Origin: a virus
Lineage: Duplodnaviria > Caudoviricetes
IMG/VR virus record: IMGVR_UViG_3300021400_000012
Coordinates: 1-64,000 of that record
DNA length: 64,000 nucleotides
Strand: one strand, 5' to 3'
Positions 1-7,882 of the stretch are shown one piece after another. The notes under the pieces were generated by a model, which saw only the letters and a list, made by a program, of their open reading frames with translations, did not search any database and had not been told where the DNA came from. Each line of letters starts with the position of its first letter. Position 1 is the stretch's first letter. The position numbers were made by a program, and so were the translations under genes.

Positions 1-199
1 AAACTCCCGTGGAGTTGTCCACGGGAGGGAGGGGAGGTCGCGTTCTGCCGATTTTTCATTCCCCTTGTCGGCTCTGCCCACTGATTTGTTACACGGGATT
101 GGTCTTACATTGACAACTTGTGTCTTCCGTCTTTACGGTTGCCTTGCGCGAGTGGCATCATGACCCGTGGGTTTGGTGGGTTGTCCTTCCCTTTCTGTG
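1..199 (-). ncRNA. Candidate structured non-coding RNA (~200 nt)
   Basis: Bounded by a consensus promoter (205-233) and a terminator (4-27). Nested complementary segments. Only an 18-codon ORF with no suitably spaced RBS. Confidence 0.55.
4..27 (-). terminator. Intrinsic terminator closing the ORF-less transcript
   Basis: 10-bp GC-rich stem CTCCCGTGGA/TCCACGGGAG with a 4-nt loop, followed on the minus strand by TTT at the window edge. Confidence 0.7.
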
Positions 200-204
200 A
201 GTTA

Positions 205-233
205 AGTATAACACAGATTTTCGGGTTTGTCAA
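205..233 (-). promoter_or_regulatory. SigA/sigma70-type early promoter
   Basis: TTGACA-N17-TATACT with an A/T-tract UP element upstream. Confidence 0.85.
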
Positions 234-277
234 GTACTTTTTAAAAATTTTTTTTGCTTGTCCCGGGGAAAACTCTC

Positions 278-766
278 TCATCCTGCGAGAGAGTTTTCCA
301 AATATTTGTTGATTGTGTTATTGCTTTTCGTAAAACGCCATTTCTTTTCGTGCGCTCCATCATCCCAACTGCCGCACTTAAGAACGAACGTTTTAAATTC
401 ATTCATATCCATAAACCAAAGGTCAACAAAATCGCCGTACTCATAAACCCAAATATAAGTTGTGTTTGGTAATTCATCGGCGAAAAACTTATTGAAGAAA
501 TACCATTTGTCAACTCTTAAATCTTTTCGGTCGGAAAGTCCGCACTTATAAGATTTCACGCTTGCGTTCAGTTCGGGAATATCATGCCCTTTATCGTGGC
601 GAGTGTTCGCGTCTTTTTTCGGTTCGTAACCGAGAACTGACTTGGCAAGAATCTCACATAAATCGCCATGATTGAAAAATGTTTCGCCGTTAAGGGAATA
701 ATGGGCATTCTTTCTGTTCGGGTCAAAAATATAAGAGATGTTTTTTTTGAAAGTTTCTTTTCTCAT
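278..766 (-). CDS. Early hypothetical protein, possible PD-(D/E)xK nuclease fold; paralog of 2831-3235
   Basis: 162 aa, AAAGGA RBS, own promoter; NxGxxxE...GxD...SVK pattern; TAG-free, ends TGA. Confidence 0.75.
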   Translation of the reverse strand: MRKETFKKNISYIFDPNRKNAHYSLNGETFFNHGDLCEILAKSVLGYEPKKDANTRHDKGHDIPELNASVKSYKCGLSDRKDLRVDKWYFFNKFFADELPNTTYIWVYEYGDFVDLWFMDMNEFKTFVLKCGSWDDGAHEKKWRFTKSNNTINKYLENSLAG

Positions 767-794
767 GGCGATTGTCCTTTCTCTTGATGATTTT

Positions 795-822
795 ATTATA
801 TCAGTTTTTCAAAAAAAGTCAA
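795..822 (-). promoter_or_regulatory. SigA-type early promoter
   Basis: TTGACT-N16-TATAAT, followed by leader ATCAAGAGAAAGGA. Confidence 0.75.
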
Positions 823-920
823 CCCCTTTTTAAAAATTTTTTGCATCTTGGATTATTATTTTTTTGCATCTTGGATGTTTGCGCCCGCGCCTTCCGCCGT
901 CATTCCCTGTCTGTGATTAT

Positions 921-949
921 AGTATAGCATGCGCCCGGGCATTTGTCAA
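921..949 (-). promoter_or_regulatory. SigA-type early promoter with no gene of its own
   Basis: TTGACA-N17-TATACT; the spacer contains the GCGCCCGGG motif. Confidence 0.8.
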
Positions 950-985
950 GTACTTTTTTAAAATTTTTAAAAAGAAAAAGAGGAA

Positions 986-1345
986 TCAGTTTGATTCCTC
1001 AAAAAATCCGCTATATCGTTTTTCAATAATTTCATCATCAAGAATTTCATCTGTTCCTTTTGAGTCCATAATACATGAACAAAAATCTCCAATCATCCAA
1101 TCTTCCGCGCCCTCAAACTGGAAAATAAATCCGTTTGCGTCTTTAACTGTAACGATATCTTCTTGAATATCCACAACTTTCATTGTTTTTGGATAAGTGT
1201 TTTTTTCGTTTGTGATGGTTTTTTCATTTTCGATAGATTTTGCAAGAAAATAAATTCCAATCAAAAATACAATCAAAATTCCCATAACTCTTACAAAACC
1301 AATGAAAGTTTCTTTTATTATTTCTTTCCACATTTTTCTATTCAT
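986..1345 (-). CDS. Early membrane-anchored hypothetical protein
   Basis: 119 aa, N-terminal hydrophobic helix, AAAGGA RBS, own promoter. Confidence 0.8.
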   Translation of the reverse strand: MNRKMWKEIIKETFIGFVRVMGILIVFLIGIYFLAKSIENEKTITNEKNTYPKTMKVVDIQEDIVTVKDANGFIFQFEGAEDWMIGDFCSCIMDSKGTDEILDDEIIEKRYSGFFEESN

Positions 1346-1374
1346 TTTTGGAATTCCTTTCTTTTGTTAAGTTT

Positions 1375-1403
1375 ATTATTACATAAGTTGTAAAATTTGT
1401 CAA
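1375..1403 (-). promoter_or_regulatory. SigA-type early promoter
   Basis: TTGACA-N17-AATAAT with UP element. Confidence 0.7.
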
Positions 1404-1452
1404 GTACTTTTTAAAAAATTTTTCATGTTCGCGCCCGGGATTTTGGAAAATC

Positions 1453-1890
1453 TCAAGACGCTAATTTCTTGAGATTTTCCATCATCAGATTTGCGGGAAT
1501 TGCTTTGCCAGTCCATTTTTCAAGATGTCTTGTTTCATCGTCAAACAAAATATCGTTTCCTTCGTTTACGTCATTTTTGGAAAACCAGTAAGGAACAAAT
1601 TTTATGATATCGAACTTCACACTTTTTAAGTGAATTTTTAACCATTTCATTTTTGCAGATTTTACTTTTTCGTCATATTCTGTATCGGTATTTTTGGCAA
1701 GTGCGCTGACGATACAAATTTCAAAACCCTTGCGCTGTAATTTATTTACAAATCTTGCGAAAACCGAAAGATTCGGGATAGGTTTGGCGGTTGCGTAAGG
1801 GGTCGCATCTTTGGCGGTTAATTTTTCCAACCAGTTTTCAACGCCGTAAAGGTCTGCAATTGTTCCGTCCATGTCAAACCAGATTTTCAT
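1453..1890 (-). CDS. HAD-superfamily phosphatase (5'(3')-deoxyribonucleotidase-like)
   Basis: Motif I FDMDGTIAD, motif II VSA, motif IV ILFDD. Confidence 0.8.
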   Translation of the reverse strand: MKIWFDMDGTIADLYGVENWLEKLTAKDATPYATAKPIPNLSVFARFVNKLQRKGFEICIVSALAKNTDTEYDEKVKSAKMKWLKIHLKSVKFDIIKFVPYWFSKNDVNEGNDILFDDETRHLEKWTGKAIPANLMMENLKKLAS

Positions 1891-1921
1891 TTTCGGAATT
1901 CCTTTCTCTTTTTCTGACTAT

Positions 1922-1950
1922 AATATAACATAAAAGTAAAATTTTGTCAA
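1922..1950 (-). promoter_or_regulatory. SigA-type early promoter
   Basis: TTGACA-N17-TATATT. Confidence 0.75.
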
Positions 1951-2011
1951 TAGTTTTTTAAAAAATTTTTAGTTAGCAACCGCTAACTCGGCGCCCGGGC
2001 GACTCAGAGGG

Positions 2012-2230
2012 TCACCCCTCTGAGTCGATTTCAACCGAACCATCTTCGTTCAGTTCTAACACAATCTCGCCCGTTTCACTATCAATCACCATCACGTTTG
2101 CAACATCCTTGCACTTGATAACTTCGCGCGACCACTTGCGCGCGACCCATTTGGAATAAAAGCTTACGCGGTCGGTATGGGTTACAACAGAGTCTGCATC
2201 GCCACAGAGGGCAACATCTACAATATACAT
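2012..2230 (-). CDS. Early hypothetical protein (72 aa)
   Basis: Start moved to ATG 2230 (MYIVDVAL) behind an AAAGGAAG RBS; the track's longer start overlaps the -10 box. Confidence 0.75.
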   Translation of the reverse strand: MYIVDVALCGDADSVVTHTDRVSFYSKWVARKWSREVIKCKDVANVMVIDSETGEIVLELNEDGSVEIDSEG

Positions 2231-2260
2231 CTTTGATTCTTCCTTTCTCTTGATGATGTC

Positions 2261-2289
2261 ATTATACCACACTGTTGTCTGTTTGTCAA
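2261..2289 (-). promoter_or_regulatory. SigA-type early promoter
   Basis: TTGACA-N17-TATAAT with extended -10 TG. Confidence 0.85.
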
Positions 2290-2374
2290 GTCCTTTTTAA
2301 TCTTTCCCGGCAGCGGGCGCCCGGGCGATGCCAGTTAGTTGCGACTAACTCCGTCTCTAAAGAGAAGAGGACTG

Positions 2375-2536
2375 TTAGTCCTCTTCCAGTGGACACTCTT
2401 CGTGAACAAGAACGATGGTGGCAAGCACTTCATCACTAATCTGTGGATTCTCCATCAGTCTTGCAAATTCAATAACTGCCTCATGCTCAAAGCCATATAA
2501 TCTAATCATTGCGTTTAATAATGCTTCTCTTTTCAT
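2375..2536 (-). CDS. Early hypothetical protein (53 aa, below the track cutoff)
   Basis: MKREALLNAMIRLYGFEHEAVIEFARLMENPQ...CPLEED-TAA; AAAGGA RBS; own promoter. Confidence 0.75.
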   Translation of the reverse strand: MKREALLNAMIRLYGFEHEAVIEFARLMENPQISDEVLATIVLVHEECPLEED

Positions 2537-2566
2537 TATGTTATTTTCCTTTCTCTTGATGAGTCT

Positions 2567-2595
2567 ATTATAGCATATAGCTTCCGGTTTGTCAA
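2567..2595 (-). promoter_or_regulatory. SigA-type early promoter
   Basis: TTGACA-N17-TATAAT with extended -10 TG. Confidence 0.85.
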
Positions 2596-2629
2596 GCCCT
2601 TTTAATCTTTTTCTTCGCGGCAGCGGCTT

Positions 2630-2785
2630 TCAGGCTGCATTGAGAGCCGCGATGATCTGCCGCATTTCTGCGTGGATCCGATCGAGAGCTTCCCAATCGG
2701 CAGCGGTGAAGCGGTCTGCCATATTGATGAAGAACTCGCGGTTCTGCAGGTCTTCAAGTTTCTTCTTCAGTTCTTCTCTCGTCAT
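2630..2785 (-). CDS. Early hypothetical protein (51 aa, below the track cutoff)
   Basis: MTREELKKKLEDLQNREFFINMADRF...ALNAA-TGA; GGAGG RBS. Confidence 0.75.
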   Translation of the reverse strand: MTREELKKKLEDLQNREFFINMADRFTAADWEALDRIHAEMRQIIAALNAA

Positions 2786-2830
2786 TTCTTTGTCCTCCGT
2801 TAATGTTTTAGCTGTTTTTGGTGTGGGAGC

Positions 2831-3235
2831 TTACCTTGCAAGGTAAGCTCTCTGTTCTTCAACTTTCCGGTTCAGTCTCATCTTGACGCTCCCGCCGTTC
2901 TTGCCGCTCTCTCTGCTGATTTCAGCGAAGGCCGTAGCGAACTGGATGAACTCAGCCTTGCTCATGATGTAGGCGGTTTCGGTTTCGAGGTCTCCGAAGA
3001 TGAAGCCGTCCGCTTCAGCATATTCGGTTTCGATACCGCTCAGGTTGGCGCCGTGGCAAAGGGTAGCTCTGAAGCCCTTGACCTGATAGCCGACACCATC
3101 AATCACGAGGTCAGCTCCGCCCTTGCGGTTGTCAGCTTTGGTAGGCTGCCCGAACATCGCGCGCAGACAATACTCGAGATGCTGCCCGTTGTTCTTATAA
3201 ACACGTTCGAGGTTCGAGAAGTGGAAAGTTTTCAT
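2831..3235 (-). CDS. Early hypothetical protein, possible PD-(D/E)xK nuclease fold; paralog of 278-766
   Basis: Start at ATG 3235 (MKTFHFS) behind AAGGAG; NxGxxxE...GAD...QVK pattern. Confidence 0.75.
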   Translation of the reverse strand: MKTFHFSNLERVYKNNGQHLEYCLRAMFGQPTKADNRKGGADLVIDGVGYQVKGFRATLCHGANLSGIETEYAEADGFIFGDLETETAYIMSKAEFIQFATAFAEISRESGKNGGSVKMRLNRKVEEQRAYLAR

Positions 3236-3263
3236 CGGTTTGCTCCTTGCTTTTGTTGACACA

Positions 3264-3292
3264 AGTATATCACCGACGAGAATAGTTGTCAA
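3264..3292 (-). promoter_or_regulatory. SigA-type early promoter
   Basis: TTGACA-N17-TATACT. Confidence 0.8.
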
Positions 3293-3469
3293 TCACTTTT
3301 TTAAAATTTTTTTATTTTTTTTAGCTGCTTTTTCGGAGTAAATATCGTTATCGAAAAACGATAACCCCGCCGGTGCTTTTAGGATTTCAGAAAAATTGTT
3401 CACACCAGAACGACGGCTCTGGTACATTTTCCTTACGAAATCAAAAATCCATTTTCCTAAAATGAAAAT

Positions 3470-3498
3470 TTGCAATTTTCCCCAATTTTTTATATAAT
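3470..3498 (+). promoter_or_regulatory. SigA-type promoter for the first plus-strand gene
   Basis: TTGCAA-N17-TATAAT, divergent from the early array. Confidence 0.65.
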
Positions 3499-3546
3499 TA
3501 GAATAGATACAAAGGAGAAGTCCAGTCTAAACCCTGGCGCATATAA

Positions 3547-4836
3547 ATGATACAACTTGACTTTAAACTTGAATGGAGAGACGAGCGCGCCAAATATGTG
3601 CAAGATCACCTTACTAGTGACATGAAGCTCTCTCCCACCGAATTAAATACAATTGGCGACTATATATTATGGGGTAAAAATCGTGAAAACGGTCTAAATG
3701 GTCTCCAAGAAGGTCTCGACCTCTACTCAAAGTGGAACCAATCCGATCAAAAGGTCGAATCTCTCGACGCCCTAATCGAATCCCCGACTTTTAACGAAAA
3801 TACATTGCGCCGGCCATCCGATCCGCCTTCAAAGCTCCCGCGCAATGTCTTTTCGCGTTCTCAAACACGCAAAAACTGTCCCGCGCACCTGATCGCCGAC
3901 TTCGAAGCCCTTTGGCGCCAAATTGACGAGACCGAGTTTTTAGTTCAACAATATGATCTCGACCACGACAAACGTAAGACGCCTTTGCGCGACGAGCTTT
4001 TAAAGCGTTTCTCTGAAGCCGAGCTTCAAACCTTGGCTTAGAAGGCGCGCCAACTAAGCCCTTACCACTACTTGAAGCTAAAACGTGAACTCGTCGATCT
4101 GCGCACACAGCAATACATTCTCAAAGACTCCTACTCGTCCACAATGCTCTCAAACCCAACTCCGAACTTCGAAGTCCAAGAACCGCCAAGCTTTGGAGAT
4201 GAGATTACATTGCGCCCACTCAACATCACGTACGACCCCGATCTCTTTTCGAAAATCTGGCGCAATGATCGCTTCCCGCAACCAGACGATTTCACCGACT
4301 TAGACCTTCAAAAGCTTTCAAAGCTTTTATGGCGCAAAGACACCGAACGTTTTTACTTCGACTTCTGCAACCGCGATCACCTCTACACTTTTTTCAATAT
4401 TTACGATTCGCTCGAAGCTGCGCCCGACTCATCATCTAACTACGACATCTTCAAACGTATCCTCCACTCTTATTTGAGTCTCGCGCCCTTAGAGCCATTA
4501 CATCGCGAAATTTTAAACCTAAAAATCAAAAAAGAATCAAACCAACTTATCGCTGACAAAATCAACTCCTAGTTTGGTCGCAAATATTCCCCAAACTACA
4601 TCTCCACCCTTTATGTTTAGAAATGCCTGCAAGGCATTTGTGACACCGCCGCACTTCACAAGCAAATTATTGAAAATTTGTTCTTTCCCGAGAACTTCAA
4701 AACTTGTAAAGATTGCGGCCGAGTCTTACTTTTAAATGAGACTAATTTTGTCAGAAGATAGAGATCAAATGACGGATTTTCTCCACGTTGTAAAGCTTGC
4801 GAGAAGATTAAACGAAAAGGAGGAAAGGCCCAATGA
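3547..4836 (+). CDS. Putative transcription regulator: sigma region-4-like HTH plus C-terminal C4 zinc finger (429 aa, code 15)
   Basis: One frame across TAGs at 4039, 4570, 4618 and 4759, ending TGA. LEPLHREILNLK...NQLIADKINSQFGRKYSPNYIS helix-turn-helix; CKDC...CKAC. Confidence 0.6.
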
Positions 4837-5117
4837 GAGCAATTACACTTAATGAAAAGTTTATATTAGAGATTTCTAATATTAAGGCACCGGAGCTATT
4901 CTTAGGAGTAGCACGTATTTTAAAAGTTCAACTAGTAAATGATAAAGACGTAAGAGATTTCGCAGACATCTATGAAGATGTATTAAATGCATTTGAAGCA
5001 GCTCCCCGCAAACGTAAACGTGAACTTTTAAAGATTTTGCATGATGCGAACAATGCGCCGGAGGCTATGGTTAATGGGAATAGAACCAAAAATTCAAAAG
5101 AAACAGAGTCTAACTAA
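4833..5117 (+). CDS. Hypothetical protein
   Basis: 94 aa, GGAGG RBS, ATGA overlap with the previous stop. Confidence 0.75.
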   Translation: MRAITLNEKFILEISNIKAPELFLGVARILKVQLVNDKDVRDFADIYEDVLNAFEAAPRKRKRELLKILHDANNAPEAMVNGNRTKNSKETESN

Positions 5118-6069
5118 GACTTGCGCGAAGTGTCATATGACAACTTCTACTGATGACTTCGCGCCGACTCATTCGATCTTTTATCCAGATCATTTTCTTC
5201 CCATCTGCAACAGCTGTGTAGATGAGTATTTAAAAGATAATAATTATTCATGGGATGCAATCGACAAACTTTGTTAGTGGGCTGACATCCCATTTATCGT
5301 GAAAGAGTGGGTTAGGATTCAAGATTTAAATGATACTCAGAGTATATGGCCCGTTTACTCTAAAGTATTTGCGGCCGAGTGTTATCGAAACCTGGGATGG
5401 GCAGACTATAATAAACAATATATAGCACTGCGCGAAGCCGGCTTAATCGAAGATGAAATCCCACTCGTAAATGATTAGCACGTTCAAGAGCTTCAGAGTA
5501 TATGGGGCGCTAATTATGAGAAATCAGAGTTAGAGTACCTTGAAGATCTTTACAAAGGTGTGCTTGCCACCCAAAATGTATCGGGATCGTTACAAGAGGA
5601 CCAAGCACGTAAAATCTGTAAACTTTCCTTAGAAATTGATAGTAGAATTCGCGCGGGCGACAAAGAAGTTGATAAGTTCTTGGCATCATATGACAAACTT
5701 ATTAAGGCCGCAGAGTTTACACCTAAGAACACGAAAAATGCGGCCGACTTTGACTCGTTTGCGGAAGTTGGTATGTGGCTTGAAAAGCGCGGACGCCAAA
5801 ATAAGTTCTATGATGGTACTACTCGCGATATAATTGACGAGTCGATTAAAAATATTGAAGCATATAACCAAAGACTTTATATTAATGAAGGTGGCATTGG
5901 TGACGAAATTACAAAACGTATCGAAGCGCTCAAAAATGCGACCAAAATTGAAGAAAGTTCGAATATGTATGATATTCAACCAGAATTTGATGTTGATGAA
6001 TATGAGAATGAAGTCTATGGGAAGTATGAAGAAGATGAATTTGATCCGACAGGAGGTATGGGCGTGTAA
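5074..6069 (+). CDS. Putative terminase small subunit with N-terminal Zn finger (331 aa, code 15)
   Basis: GGAGG RBS; joins track ORFs 5041 and 5560 over two TAGs; CAKC...CNSC; directly upstream of the large subunit. Confidence 0.6.
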
Positions 6070-7877
6070 TGGAACAAGAAGTGATTACATTGCGCGACCC
6101 TACCAAAACTCGGTTTAACCGATAGGAAAAAATATACAGAGACAATATCGAATTAGAAAAAGGTGTTGTTATAAATGAAAATTGGTTAAGAAAAAATGAA
6201 GAGTTATTATATGATTGCTGGTGTCTATACGCGGCCTACCCAGATATATATTTGGATACGATAAAACCAGTTAATTCTAACTTCGATCTTTTTCCTTATT
6301 AGCGAATTTTCTTAAGAGCTTGCATGAGATATACTACTTTGTATATTACTGCGGCGCGTGCTACGTCAAAGACATTCTTATCCATTCTTGCAAAGTATTT
6401 ATAGTGTATATTTATTCCTGGACACGTTGGATCGATCGTTGCGCCGAACAAATCGCAGGCCGCAAAAATCTCACAATAGAAAATAAAAGAGATTTGGAAG
6501 ATTTGGCCTTTATTAAAGAATGAACTTGAATATTCTGCTTCATCAAGTGACGGAGTAAGAGCTAATTTTGGTAAAGATTATTGCGATCTTTATTTTAAGA
6601 ATGGCTCACGTCTCTCCATCGTGGGCGCGCTGGACTCGGACCGTGGTATTCGTACCCACGCAACCCTTATTGATGAAGTGCGCGACCAAGACGGTGATGC
6701 TATCGCAGAGATTATTCTGCCGCAGATGAACGTGTCTCGTCGTATGGTCAATGGGCTTGTAAATCCTTATGAAAAAATCAATACACAAGTTATTTATGCG
6801 ACTAGTGCGGGCACTAAGTCGTCTTTTGCTTACGAGGCGCTTATAGATACGTTTGAAAAAGCCATCATCGATCCCGAACATAACTTCTGTATTGGTCTTG
6901 ATTATAGAATTCCTGCCATGCATGGACTTATAGATAATAACTATGTCCGTAACCTAAAATTGTCTCCGTCTTATAATGAGCAAACATTTGCGGCCGAGTA
7001 TATGGGGACATGGTTGGGTGGTAGTGAAGAGAGTTGGTTTGACTTTGAAAAAATTTCTCGTTATCGAAAACTAAAAAATCCAGAATGGAAGCAAAAATTT
7101 AGAGAAGATCCTAATGTGTTCTACTTAATATCAGTGGACGTAGGTCGTCTTTCTGACCAAACTGTTGCTTGTGTATGGCGCGTTAATATTCGTGAGAACA
7201 AAATGTTTTCAACACTTGTGTACATTGAGGTTCTTGGGCGCCAAGCTGAAACAAAACAATTTAGTTAGCAGGCAATTGATTTAAAGCGTCTCATTTAGCT
7301 TTATGATCCCAAAGAAGTCGTAATTGACTGTAATGGATTGGGCGTTGGTCTTGCGGACGAAATGATCCGGCCATAGTTAGATGATTAGGGAATTGAGTGG
7401 CCGGCCTATGGATTTTTTAATAATGATGATTATAAGAAAATTCAACCTAAAGACATTCCACTAATTCTTTACTCATTAAAGGCAAATGGACCTTTAAACT
7501 CCAAAATTCATTCTAATGCGTATACCCGTTTAAATAGTGGCCTAGTAAGATTCCTTATTACCGAACAAGAAGCGCGTGCTGCGCTAATGGCTACTAAAGC
7601 GGGTTCGCATATGAGTTTTGAAAAACGAGTTCGGCGTTTAATGCCACACGAACTCACCACTAAATTATTTGAAGAGATGGCTAACCTTCGACTTAAACGA
7701 ACAGGTTTAGATATAGTTCTTGAATAGATCAACTCTCGTTTTCCAAAAGATAAATATTCGGCTTTTGCTTACGGCCAATGGCGGATTAAAGAACTCGAAG
7801 AAGAGATGTTTAAGAAAAATAAGCGTAAAGCTGCTCTTGGGTCAAGAAGCCTAATATTTTTTACTGGAGGGAAGTAA
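6069..7877 (+). CDS. terL: Terminase large subunit (602 aa, code 15)
   Basis: LFPYQ adenine-binding motif (Q = TAG at 6300), Walker A AARATSKT, Walker B LIDE, RNase H-like ISVDVG...VIDCNGLG...KD; nine in-frame TAGs. Confidence 0.92.
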
Positions 7878-7882
7878 ATTAA

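Noticed and set aside
92-169. Cloverleaf as a suppressor tRNA
   Set aside because: No TTCRA T-loop, no 7-nt anticodon loop with CUA, and stems of only 4 bp. I saw no tRNA anywhere in the window.
2231-2272. Track start extensions for the ORFs at 2012, 2831 (3292), 42614 (42910) and 61442
   Set aside because: They run through promoter boxes or neighbouring genes; downstream ATGs have proper RBSs.
200-3300. Early repeats as a CRISPR array or integron
   Set aside because: The repeats are promoter parts, irregularly spaced and separated by genes. There is no cas or integrase gene, and the GTTAG/CTAAC arms are in the opposite order to attC.
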